In this document: positions 20,431 to 30,245 of the stretch, piece after piece | Layout of the letters: every line of letters begins with the position of its first letter | Position numbering within the stretch: the stretch's first letter is position 1 | Translations under genes and position numbers: made by a program | The notes under the pieces: model-generated | Seen by the model: the letters and a program-made list of their open reading frames with translations, nothing else | Database searches by the model: none | What the model was told of the DNA's origin: nothing | NCBI GenBank assembly: GCA_963765455.1 | Contig: CAVXWH010000002.1 | Location: 430,893 to 470,892, forward strand | From: an uncultured Actinomycetes bacterium | Lineage (GTDB): Bacteria > Actinomycetota > Thermoleophilia > Gaiellales > Gaiellaceae | Direction: 5' to 3' | DNA length: 40,000 nucleotides

Positions 20431-20799
20431 ATGCAACTCAAAGGTAACGAAGTCCAGGTCGCCTGGCGCGTTCTTCGCTTCATCCTCATCTGCGTCGTGT
20501 CGGCGCTCGTTCTCGGGACAGCGCTCGTCTTCTCGCTCTTTTCCGCCCTGACATCGGGATCTCGCGGTAGGAGGAGCCACCCTGAACTGATCGTGGCCGC
20601 AGCGCTTGCCATCGTGTATGCGCTCTGGCGGAGACGAGACGCTGGCTGGCATGCCTGCGGCCAGTGCGGCGTCCCGATCGAGCCACCCTCAAGAGTGGAG
20701 TACTGCTCGCCGAGCTGTCGCCGCTACGCCCGGCTCCAGCGGGAAGCGTTCGATCGTCGGGCTGAGACTCTCGCCTCCTATGGGGAGGTGCCGTTCTGA
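20431..20799 (+). CDS. Small two-pass membrane protein with a C-terminal FCS-like zinc ribbon
   Basis: Two hydrophobic helices are followed by CGQCGVPIEPPSRVEYCSPSCRRY. Its TGA overlaps the Cas1 ATG by 1 nt (TGATG). Confidence 0.6.
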   Translation: MQLKGNEVQVAWRVLRFILICVVSALVLGTALVFSLFSALTSGSRGRRSHPELIVAAALAIVYALWRRRDAGWHACGQCGVPIEPPSRVEYCSPSCRRYARLQREAFDRRAETLASYGEVPF

Positions 20800-22178
20800 T
20801 GGCGACTTCGATAGATCGCGCCAGGGAAGCCGAGCGCGACCACAGCTCCGTTCCTGCGCAGCTCCGTAGACGCGGGAGCGCCACCGTTGTCGATGGCTTC
20901 GGAGCAGTGCTTCAGGTCGAGCGCGGACGACTCGTCGTCTTGGACGGCGCAGGTAGAGAGAGAAGGGAACGAAACTTCGGCCGGGTCGGAGACTCGATCG
21001 CTCGGGTGGTCGTGCTCGGCGGGACGGGCTCGATCTCGCTCGCAGCGCTTCGCTGGCTTGCCGACCAGGGGATCCCCCTGCTTGCGCTCGATCGCGAGAG
21101 CCGCCTGCTCTGCGTCTCCGTCCCTCCAGCGACGAGCGATGCGCGGTTGCGAAGGGCGCAAGCGCTTGCAGCAACGAATGAGGCGGGGCTCGAGATTGCG
21201 CGTTATCTACTGTGCGAGAAGCTCCGCGGTCAGCGCGAAGTGCTGCTCACGCTCAACCCAGACGAGAGATTAGTCAGCGCCTTCAACCGGGCTTTCCGTT
21301 GGCTGGAAGCGACCACCGACACGAACGAGCTGATGATGGCCGAGCGGGACGCCGCGCTCGCCTACTGGACAGGGTGGAGAGATGTCGAGATCAGTTTCCG
21401 TAAATCGGATGCCGGCCTCGTGCCGCTGTATTGGCGCAGTTTCGGAAAGCGCATTTCACCGCTTACTACGGGACCTCGGCTCGCCGCGAACCCGATCAAC
21501 GCGATCCTGAACTACCTCTACGCAATTCTCGAAGCCGAGACTCGCATCGCTCTTCTCACCGTCGGGCTCGATCCCGTGCTCGGGATCGTCCATGCCGACT
21601 ACAGAGGCAGAGACTCATTCGCGCTCGACGTGATGGAGGCCGCACGGCCGAAGGTCGACGCCTTCGTCCTTCAGCTACTCAGACGCAGGACTTTCAGAGC
21701 CGGCGACTTCTTTGAGACGAGAAAGGGCGCTTGTCGCCTACTTCGCCCATTCACCCATGAGCTGGTGCGAACAGCGCCCGTGTGGGCCGAGCTGGTCGCG
21801 CCGGTTTGCGAGCAGGTAGCGAAGACGCTCGCCGAGGTGCCGGGCTCACGGGTCAAGCGAGTCCTGACTCCGCTGACTCGGTCGAACCACGTCGAGGCCA
21901 GAGAAGCGATACGAAGGCGACCTCGGTCGCAGCTCCGCCTGCCGCTCCCGGAGAAGGTCTGCAAGAACTGTGGCGGGGAGCTTCCGAGACGCGAGCGCGT
22001 CTACTGCGATGCTTGCTACTCGCAGCTCGACTTCCACACGAAGAAGCGTTGTAAGCGCTGCGGCGGAAGGGTTCCGAACCGGAAGCGGGTGTACTGCGAT
22101 TCGTGTCTCGCCGATCACCCGCGCAAGCGGCGTATTCAAGCGGGGGATTGTCAGTGCAGTAGAAAGCCCCGGCTATGA
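20799..22178 (+). CDS. cas1: Cas1-family integrase (putative casposase) with two C-terminal zinc ribbons
   Basis: The N-terminal beta-domain pattern is VVLGGTGSISLAALRWLADQGIPLLALD. The catalytic core is MAERDAALAYW...ANPINAILNYLYAILEAETRIALLTVGLDPVLGIVHADYRGRDSFALDVMEAARPKVD, giving the Cas1 Glu/His/Asp-Glu pattern. The C-terminus carries CKNCGGELPRRERVYCDACY and CKRCGGRVPNRKRVYCDSC. Confidence 0.9.
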   Translation: MATSIDRAREAERDHSSVPAQLRRRGSATVVDGFGAVLQVERGRLVVLDGAGRERRERNFGRVGDSIARVVVLGGTGSISLAALRWLADQGIPLLALDRESRLLCVSVPPATSDARLRRAQALAATNEAGLEIARYLLCEKLRGQREVLLTLNPDERLVSAFNRAFRWLEATTDTNELMMAERDAALAYWTGWRDVEISFRKSDAGLVPLYWRSFGKRISPLTTGPRLAANPINAILNYLYAILEAETRIALLTVGLDPVLGIVHADYRGRDSFALDVMEAARPKVDAFVLQLLRRRTFRAGDFFETRKGACRLLRPFTHELVRTAPVWAELVAPVCEQVAKTLAEVPGSRVKRVLTPLTRSNHVEAREAIRRRPRSQLRLPLPEKVCKNCGGELPRRERVYCDACYSQLDFHTKKRCKRCGGRVPNRKRVYCDSCLADHPRKRRIQAGDCQCSRKPRL

Positions 22179-23159
22179 GCCGAAGGAATCGAAGCTGTCT
22201 CCAGAGTCGATAGCCGTTGCTCCCTTACCTTTGTCGTGCGGAACGCCGACTGTGACTGTTTTCTCGCACGTGCCACCGCGACCGTCGTCAGCCGTGACGT
22301 GGAGGCGGTAGACGCGACCGTCACCTGAGCCGTCTCTTTCGGCTCGGAGCTGGACGGTGTCGCTCGTCACTCCCTTGACGGCGTCCGGAGAAATGTCGCC
22401 ATCGCCAGTCCCGTTCACCGGCTCGTCTTGGGTCACGGAGTCGATCGTCAGCGTGACACTGTCTCCGTCGGGGTCAGTCGCGCCCGAGACCTGGACCATT
22501 ACCAGCTTGTGGTTAGCGGGCCAGAGAGTCGAAGGCGAGGCGGACACGCCACTACAGTCAGGCGGTTGGTCGAGGGCGACCTCGCTGGTAGAGAGCGAAT
22601 AGGTTCCGATCTCCCCCGATTCGCTCTTCCAGAAGACAAGGTCTCCCTTGAAGCCGGTGATTGTTATCTCGCCCGTGCCAGGGACATCTGCCGTTGAGCT
22701 CGACGTACTCTCGTTCGAGAAATTCGTGTCCTGCCGGATGAAACGGCCAGTATCCAGATCTTCATCGTCCGCACCTGCAGTTACGTCGGTTTCGACTTCT
22801 CCGTCCGCCTGCTGATAGGCGCTTGTTGCTTCGATGTTGTCGTAGGACGATCTGTAATCGGAGTCGAGGCCTAATGTCACTACGCGAGGAGCGAAACTCG
22901 GCCACGTTTCTGCCGGCGCCGGGTACTCGACGGTGCTGGTGTCAGTGCCAGAAGGGAACGCATCTTCCAGAGCTTGCTGGAAGCTCAAAGGAACCGTCTC
23001 ACCGAGAATCGTGTCGTAGACGGGAGTATTGGGATCATTCGTGTCCGCTAGCGTCAGGCCAGCGCCGACCCCGGCGATCACTAAAAACGCGGCCACGGCG
23101 ATTCCCGCGCTAGAGCGAGTGCGTTTCAGCATCTTGATTAACGTTCTCATAGCTACCAC
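22173..23159 (-). CDS. Secreted or anchored protein with a C-terminal LWPxNHK-type beta-sandwich domain
   Basis: N-terminal signal/anchor AGIAVAAFLVIAGVGAG. The C-terminus reads PSTLWPANHKLVMVQVSGATDPDGDSVTLTIDSVTQDEP...LRAERDGSGDGRVYRLHVTADDGRGG. Its 3' end overlaps the Cas1 3' end by 6 nt in convergent orientation. Confidence 0.65.
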   Translation of the reverse strand: MVAMRTLIKMLKRTRSSAGIAVAAFLVIAGVGAGLTLADTNDPNTPVYDTILGETVPLSFQQALEDAFPSGTDTSTVEYPAPAETWPSFAPRVVTLGLDSDYRSSYDNIEATSAYQQADGEVETDVTAGADDEDLDTGRFIRQDTNFSNESTSSSTADVPGTGEITITGFKGDLVFWKSESGEIGTYSLSTSEVALDQPPDCSGVSASPSTLWPANHKLVMVQVSGATDPDGDSVTLTIDSVTQDEPVNGTGDGDISPDAVKGVTSDTVQLRAERDGSGDGRVYRLHVTADDGRGGTCEKTVTVGVPHDKGKGATAIDSGDSFDSFGS

Positions 23160-25519
23160 TCCCCTGCAGCCGGCGGTGAGGGGAAATCCTGCTCGCTCTT
23201 CGTATGTGTCACGGTCTTCGCTTGAAAATAAGATGGTATCTTACTCAATCCCATATCTTTCCACCAGGTTTCCCACGAAGTATAAGGGGTCATGGCTGTT
23301 CCATCCGAATTGAACAGGCAGGCGACGAAGATTCGAGATCCGTTGTTATAAAGCGCTCCGGAGTAATTTGGGTTCGTTAACTTCTCTAGAGCCACCCAGT
23401 TAGAGATTTGCGTGCTCGTATAGGCCTGTGGGCAGATGAAAGAAACGTTAGGCGGACGGGAAAGATTAACTACATTTCTTCCTGTCCAATCTTGGGTGTC
23501 AACCGTCCTTGTGTCAGTCGGCCCCGAACATTCCGTGTCCGTTGCGCAACTCGGAGAGATTATCAGGGACCCGTAGTTAATACTTGGAGACAAATATGGC
23601 CAGTCAAAGAGAGTGTTGAAAACATTAAATCCATCCACAACCGCCTTCGTAACAGCGTACGAGCTATACCCTTCTAAATCGAAACGCCATTTACAATTGC
23701 GAAGTGTGGTATTCGTACAATTACGCACTTTGTTTACTTCCTCGATATCAAAGCCTGCAGCTAATCTCACGTTATCGGCAAACGGTTGGGTAGTGAGCCA
23801 TGAGTTAAGCTCCGCGATCTTCAACGCGAACATCATACCGGCGTAAGATGCGAGGCTCGGGTTTTGATTCCAAGCCGAAGGAAAAGCGTTATTGATCCCC
23901 CAAGTGATGAGAACAGATCCCTTGCCAGCCGCTTTATGTCCGTTGTGGTAACCCTTTATGTACTGCTGAAAATCGTTGATGATCGTCGAATAGGGAGTCG
24001 TCCCCTGCGATAAATCGATTATTTTACTACCGTCGGCGTTCGGAGTGCCAGTAGAAAGAACAACGACAGCGTTTTTTATCCCGCGTGCGCCTAACTGCTT
24101 CCCCTGCCGGAAGAAAAGGCCCGAGTTACCCAAGTATTTCTCGTAATAACTCGTCGTGATCTGTGGCATCGGCGGAACCTTGACGGTCACTGAGGCCGCA
24201 TTGGATTGAAGCGGCCCGAGAGTTGCCGTAATGGTGTCGGTTCCCTCAGCGCTAGCGTAGTACGAGAATGTCGCGGTTCCATCGGACCCGAGCAGGACGT
24301 CTTGCTGAAGATCGTCAGCGCCCTGGACGGTGACTGTGGCAGGTTGTCCATTTGCGAGCGAGGGGTCGCTCAACGTGAGATTGGCCGTGACCGTATCCGC
24401 GACCGAAACCTCGTCCGAGTCGGTCGCCACTGTGAGAGTCGCCGGAGGCGCCGTACAGTCGGTGGCCGTCGGTCCCTGGGTGAGCTCGCAGTTGACCCAG
24501 CCCGTCGTCTCTAGATCGGAGCCGATGGCAGTGCGGGCGGCGTCCAGATCCCAGTTGAGCGCAGTGACCTGCGTGGCGCTGTAGTCGGGGTTGTCGAGCT
24601 CGGCGTATGGTCGCGCGGAGGACACCGCGACGGGGTCGTTCGGGATCGCCGAGCCGTCCATCCAGCGCGCGTACCAGGTGGGCGGCGGAGGCAAGGTTCC
24701 GCTCCACCCGCCGGGATCGCACGCGAACTGACCTCCTGAACTAACAGAGGGATACGGCCCGAACCACACATACGTGTTGGGGGTGTCGCACCAGTAGTTG
24801 GAGGGCCAGGAGGAGACCATTCCCCTATCCATAGCCTGGAGCCTCTCGGAAATGGTGTCCCAGGTCGCTTGACTTATTCCATAATCGCCGAGGCCACCGA
24901 ACAGCAGGCTGGCAGTGAAACCGTCGTACCAGGACGAGTCGTCGGTACCCCGGAAGGTGAGCGCCCAGATCGGGTTGCCGCCGTTCACGGTCGCGGTGAA
25001 GTTAGCGCCCGACCATTGAAAGGAGGGTGGTGTCCCGGTGTAGAGACCTAGGTGACCGTTTGGGTCGTACTGCCAGTACGCAGAGCCCGACAGGTCGTGG
25101 CCGGTAGTGAAGGGCGCGACCGTGCCGAGACCTGTGCCCATGGTGATCGCATAGACCGGATAGTCGCTTTGGCTTGCGTCTGCGACGGCCCAGCTCCAGC
25201 TGTCCTCCGTATCCGTCTTGACGGTGAGTTGCCCACCGTTGATGGTTTTCGGGTCGGGCAGGCCGGCTTTGAGCGCCGCCAGCCTGGCGTCACCAAGCAC
25301 GTTTTGGATGCCCTGGGGCGCGCCATTTTCCGCATCCTGCCAGACCGCCTGGTCCTGCACGACCTGGAGCAGCTTGCTTGCGTAGGAGGGATCTAGGTAG
25401 GGAGCAGTCGCGCCGCTCGAGTCGGCCGAGGCGCTCGAAAGCAGACACGCAAAGACGATCAAGCCGACAGCGATCGCAAGCGGCAGGCGGAGGCGGGGGA
25501 CGGCGCGCATCGCAGGCAC
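23153..25519 (-). CDS. Large secreted protein (788 aa) of unknown function with an Ig-like segment
   Basis: Signal peptide LRLPLAIAVGLIVFACLLSSASA. An Ig-like stretch reads TVTANLTLSDPSLANGQPATVTVQGA...DTITATLGPLQSNAASVTV. AGGAG lies 7-8 nt before the ATG. The 3' half is markedly AT-rich. Confidence 0.7.
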   Translation of the reverse strand: MPAMRAVPRLRLPLAIAVGLIVFACLLSSASADSSGATAPYLDPSYASKLLQVVQDQAVWQDAENGAPQGIQNVLGDARLAALKAGLPDPKTINGGQLTVKTDTEDSWSWAVADASQSDYPVYAITMGTGLGTVAPFTTGHDLSGSAYWQYDPNGHLGLYTGTPPSFQWSGANFTATVNGGNPIWALTFRGTDDSSWYDGFTASLLFGGLGDYGISQATWDTISERLQAMDRGMVSSWPSNYWCDTPNTYVWFGPYPSVSSGGQFACDPGGWSGTLPPPPTWYARWMDGSAIPNDPVAVSSARPYAELDNPDYSATQVTALNWDLDAARTAIGSDLETTGWVNCELTQGPTATDCTAPPATLTVATDSDEVSVADTVTANLTLSDPSLANGQPATVTVQGADDLQQDVLLGSDGTATFSYYASAEGTDTITATLGPLQSNAASVTVKVPPMPQITTSYYEKYLGNSGLFFRQGKQLGARGIKNAVVVLSTGTPNADGSKIIDLSQGTTPYSTIINDFQQYIKGYHNGHKAAGKGSVLITWGINNAFPSAWNQNPSLASYAGMMFALKIAELNSWLTTQPFADNVRLAAGFDIEEVNKVRNCTNTTLRNCKWRFDLEGYSSYAVTKAVVDGFNVFNTLFDWPYLSPSINYGSLIISPSCATDTECSGPTDTRTVDTQDWTGRNVVNLSRPPNVSFICPQAYTSTQISNWVALEKLTNPNYSGALYNNGSRIFVACLFNSDGTAMTPYTSWETWWKDMGLSKIPSYFQAKTVTHTKSEQDFPSPPAAGEW

Positions 25520-25766
25520 TCCTAATTAGGTTGGGGGAAACCAGGTGTCCAAAGGCAAACTCGTAGACCGAAACTAGGGATCCGTCTATACGAAGTCAAG
25601 CTTCGAGCGCTAAAACCCCTCGTGACGGGCGCTGATATCCCTCACCAGGGGGATAAACGCAAGCCTACTTCCAGAACTAAGGCTGACTTTGCGCTGAGAT
25701 AGCCGACCATCTGTCACCCATGCGGCTCGTTTCGATCGACGGTTTTTCTTTTCGGGCGGGCAACTT

Positions 25767-25799
25767 GTGCGCGTTTCGGCTGGCCTGTCTTTTAACCCG
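25767..25799 (-). repeat. Right terminal inverted repeat
   Basis: GTGCGCGTTTCGGCTGGCCTGTCTTTTAACCCG is the inverted partner of 9831-9864. Confidence 0.8.
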
Positions 25800-25812
25800 A
25801 TACCGTCTGTTC
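25799..25812. repeat. Right copy of the putative target-site duplication (GATACCGTCTGTTC)
   Basis: Identical to 9818-9831 and immediately outside the right TIR. Confidence 0.75.
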
Positions 25813-25864
25813 AGGCTACGAAACGCACGCAGGCGTGCCGACTCTGCACCGAGTCAGAGCGACC

Positions 25865-26749
25865 TCACTCGCGCGTGTATACGCGGACGTAGTCGACGAG
25901 AAGCTTTGCCGGGAATCGGGTAGTGGCGTCGGGAGATCCGGGCCAGTCGCCGCCGATGGCCAGGTTGAGGGTGATGTAGAAGGGGTGGTCGAACGCCCAC
26001 TTAGCGCCGGCGGGAAGATCCTTGCGCGTTCTCGTCTCATAGCGAACACCGTCGACATACCAGGAGATCTTGCTCGCCGACCATTCGACGGCGTAGACGT
26101 GATAGGCGTCGGCTAGCGTGCCCTTCGGCAGCGTGTAGGAAGAGCCGATCAGCGAGCCCGTGTAGCCGAGGCCGTGCATCGAGCCGTACACCGTCTGTGG
26201 CTGACTGCCGATCTCCTCCATCACGTCTATCTCGCCGCAATCGGGCCAACCGACCGTGTCGAAGTTGCTACCCAGCATCCAGAAAGCGGGCCACGTCCCT
26301 TGCCCTCGCGGAATCTTAATTCGGGCCTCGAAGCGCCCGTATTCGTGCGCGAACAAGCCCTCGGTCAGGATGCGCGCCGAGGTGTAGTCATGCCCGTTGT
26401 AGGACTCCTTCCGGGCAACGATCGCCAGCTGACCTCGCCCGTCCATGCTGACATTCTGCTTGCGCTTGGTGTAGCACTCGAGCTCGTTGTTTCCCCAGCC
26501 CGAGCAACCGATGTCGTAGGTCCACTTCTTCTTGTTCGGCAGCGAGCCGGCGCTGCCGTTGAACTCGTCGTGCCAGACGAGCTTCCAGCCGCTGGGCGCC
26601 TTGTCAGTCGAGGATGCCCCGGCAAAGACGGCGCCGAGGGCGGCAGCGCCTATAAGCGCCGCTATTACCGCCGCTATCAACCACTGCCGAGCCGAGAGTA
26701 GCGCGAGGAATGCACTGAAGCCTTTGCGGTGACTCGTAGGCGTCTTCAT
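25865..26749 (-). CDS. Glycoside hydrolase family 16 (beta-glucanase/laminarinase-like), secreted or anchored
   Basis: Catalytic motif EIDVMEEIG (ExDxxE), plus GWGNNELECYT and an N-terminal hydrophobic anchor. Confidence 0.88.
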   Translation of the reverse strand: MKTPTSHRKGFSAFLALLSARQWLIAAVIAALIGAAALGAVFAGASSTDKAPSGWKLVWHDEFNGSAGSLPNKKKWTYDIGCSGWGNNELECYTKRKQNVSMDGRGQLAIVARKESYNGHDYTSARILTEGLFAHEYGRFEARIKIPRGQGTWPAFWMLGSNFDTVGWPDCGEIDVMEEIGSQPQTVYGSMHGLGYTGSLIGSSYTLPKGTLADAYHVYAVEWSASKISWYVDGVRYETRTRKDLPAGAKWAFDHPFYITLNLAIGGDWPGSPDATTRFPAKLLVDYVRVYTRE

Positions 26750-26856
26750 CTGGTAGCGGTCTCTCTCGCCGCGGGGTTGCGCGCAAGGATAACCCGATCG
26801 CCTCGGCGCGTCCCGCGGATCCGTCGCTCAACCGGTGCGCGAAAGCCGCGTGCCGG

Positions 26857-28143
<1,287 letters not shown>

Positions 28144-28219
28144 CTCTACTCCTTGTAACTCGAAAACGTCGTTTCGGCTAGACCCGGCCGTCGGCGAGCG
28201 CTGATATCTGTGGCAACTC

Positions 28220-28834
28220 TCACTGGCTCTCGCTCTTCTCCGGCGCCTTGGTGCGATGCGCCAGCACACGGTCGATCAACCCGTAGTCGAGCGCCTCCTG
28301 GGAGGCCATGAAGTAGTCGCGCTCCATGTCCTTGGCGACCTTCTCCATCGACTGCCCGGAGTGCTCGGCGAGGATCTCCTCGAGCCGGCGCTTGATGTTG
28401 ATCACTTCGCGCGCCTGGATCTCGATATCGGAGGCCTGGCCCTGGAAGCCGCTCGAGACCTGATGAATGAGAATCTTCGAGTTGGGCAGCGCCGCGCGCT
28501 TGCCCTTCGTCCCGCCGGCCAGAAGCACCGCGCCCATCGACATTGCGATTCCGACACAGGTCGTCTGCACGTCGGGCTTGATGAACTGCATCGTGTCGTA
28601 AATGGCGAGTCCGGCGTACACGGAGCCCCCGGGCGAGTTGATGTAGATGGAGATGTCCTTGTCCGGGTCTTCGGACTCGAGGTGGATCAATTGAGCGATC
28701 ACCAAGTTGGCGATCTGATCATCGATCGGTGTGCCCAGAAAGATGATTCGCTCGTTCAGAAGCCGGGAGTAGATATCGAACGAGCGCTCGCCGCGCGACG
28801 TCTGCTCGATGACCATCGGGATCAAAGGACTCAT
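28220..28834 (-). CDS. clpP: ATP-dependent Clp protease proteolytic subunit ClpP
   Basis: [34 protein letters not shown]...[14 protein letters not shown]...ILIHQ gives the Ser/His/Asp triad context. ATG 28834 is preceded by GAGGAG and overlaps the tig stop (ATGA). The 550-aa track ORF is an artefactual upstream extension. Confidence 0.95.
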   Translation of the reverse strand: MSPLIPMVIEQTSRGERSFDIYSRLLNERIIFLGTPIDDQIANLVIAQLIHLESEDPDKDISIYINSPGGSVYAGLAIYDTMQFIKPDVQTTCVGIAMSMGAVLLAGGTKGKRAALPNSKILIHQVSSGFQGQASDIEIQAREVINIKRRLEEILAEHSGQSMEKVAKDMERDYFMASQEALDYGLIDRVLAHRTKAPEKSESQ

Positions 28835-30195
28835 GGCGTCTCCTCGCTTCCTGGGGTCCACAGTTTCGTAGCGGATGCCGGCTTTTCCTTCCCGGGCGTC
28901 CAAATCTGCTCGCGCGCCTCGGCCTGGGCGAGCGGGATCGGCTTGACTTCTTCGCAGATGCGATCGAGGGCGGCGCTCATGCGCATGTCCTCGCGCAACT
29001 CCTCGTGGCGGCCCTGGCGCCAGATCTCCGCCACCAGCTCGTCGGCGTCCTCCCCGCTCGAGCCGGCCTGCTCGCGGACGAGCTCCTCGATCTCGTTGTC
29101 GGAGATCTCGATTTTCAGCTTGTCGGCGCCGGCTTCGAGCACGAGCTCGCGCGCGAGTGAGCGGCGGGCTTCGCTGCGCACGCTCTCGACGAGCTGAGCC
29201 GTCTCCTGCCCGGTCAGCTGGAGGTAGAGATCGAGATTGATGCCTCGCCGCTCGAGCGAGCGAACCAGGTTGGCCAGCAAGATGCGCGCCCGCTCCTCGA
29301 CGAGCACGGGGTGCACCTCGACCCCCGATGCTTCGACAAGTGCGTCGACCGCCGCCTCGCGGAAGGCGACCTCGCACTCGGCTTCGGCCTGCGCGCGCAG
29401 TCTTCCCTCGATCTCCGAGCGCAGCTCGTCCAGGGTGTCGAACTCGCTGGCGGCTCGCGCCAGCTCGTCGTCGAGCGGAGGCAGCTCCTTCTCCATGATC
29501 TCCTTCACGGTCACCTTCACGGCGGCCGAGCTGCCGTCCGTGAGGGAGAAGGGAATCTCGCGGCTCTCGCCGGCCTTCGCTCCGATCAACCCTTGCTCGA
29601 GCTCCGGGGCCAGCTTGCCCGCACCGAGCTCTATGACCTGATCGCGACTCTCCTCGTTCTGATCGCCGGCGAAGTCGACCACGAGCGTGTCTCCCTCGTG
29701 AACGGGCCGTCCTTCGACCGGCACCAGTTGGGCGACGCTGGAGCGCAAGACATCGAGCTCGTGCTCGAGTAATCCCTCCGGAACCTCCGCGTCTGCCTTG
29801 CCCACCTCGAGCTTTCGCCAGTCGGCCGGCTTGGGCAGGGTTTGCAGATCGAACTCGGCACTGAAGCTCCAACCGGAGTCAGTCGAGGAGGGCAGCTCGT
29901 ATTCGAATTGCGGCTCCGAGACCGGACGCAGGCGCTTGCCTGCGGTGGCGCCCCTGAGCCAGCCCCCGATATGCGTCTCGACCGCCTCGCTGTAGATGCG
30001 TTCCTTGCCGATTCGACGCACCAGCACCGGCAGCGGCACTTTGCCCGCGCGGAAGCCGGGCACCTTCGTGCGCTCGGCCAGATCGGCGCTGGCGTGCTCG
30101 ACTGCGTGCTTTATGTCTGCGCTCGGCACTTCGACCGTGAGCCGCACACGGTTTTCAGCGAGCTCGACGACGTTCGCCTCCACGCCGCCATTCAA
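28831..30195 (-). CDS. tig: Trigger factor (ribosome-associated chaperone / PPIase)
   Basis: The N-terminal ribosome-binding motif PGFRAGKVP is present, the full length is trigger-factor-like, and the gene sits in the tig-clpP-clpX synteny. Confidence 0.93.
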   Translation of the reverse strand: MNGGVEANVVELAENRVRLTVEVPSADIKHAVEHASADLAERTKVPGFRAGKVPLPVLVRRIGKERIYSEAVETHIGGWLRGATAGKRLRPVSEPQFEYELPSSTDSGWSFSAEFDLQTLPKPADWRKLEVGKADAEVPEGLLEHELDVLRSSVAQLVPVEGRPVHEGDTLVVDFAGDQNEESRDQVIELGAGKLAPELEQGLIGAKAGESREIPFSLTDGSSAAVKVTVKEIMEKELPPLDDELARAASEFDTLDELRSEIEGRLRAQAEAECEVAFREAAVDALVEASGVEVHPVLVEERARILLANLVRSLERRGINLDLYLQLTGQETAQLVESVRSEARRSLARELVLEAGADKLKIEISDNEIEELVREQAGSSGEDADELVAEIWRQGRHEELREDMRMSAALDRICEEVKPIPLAQAEAREQIWTPGKEKPASATKLWTPGSEETP

Positions 30196-30245
30196 GCAGA
30201 GGACGACTGACTGCCGTCGGATCTGCCCGGTCTTCCGGCCGACTC

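Larger units (their letters stand above)
9831..25799. mobile_element. Casposon-like self-synthesizing transposon (~16 kb) carrying Cas1 and PolB
   Basis: Bounded by TIRs 9831-9864 and 25767-25799 and flanked by the 12-14-bp direct repeat. It encodes a Cas1 homologue, a family-B polymerase, an HNH nuclease, HTH proteins and a methyltransferase. It has no tyrosine or serine recombinase and no virion genes. Its composition differs from the flanks, and it lies between convergent chromosomal genes. Confidence 0.8.

Noticed and set aside
9818-25812. Alternative readings of the insertion as a prophage, an integrase-type genomic island or a pipolin.
   Set aside because: It has no capsid, terminase or tail genes and no tyrosine or serine recombinase. 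It is not inserted at a tRNA. Its ends are inverted repeats with a short duplication rather than long att direct repeats. The presence of Cas1 fits a casposon better than a pipolin, although the PolB type remains to be established.
28220-29872. A 550-aa ORF that would fuse ClpP to a long N-terminal extension overlapping tig.
   Set aside because: The upstream 346 codons are an Arg/Gly-rich alternative frame of tig. A GAGGAG-preceded ATG at 28834 yields a canonical ~204-aa ClpP.
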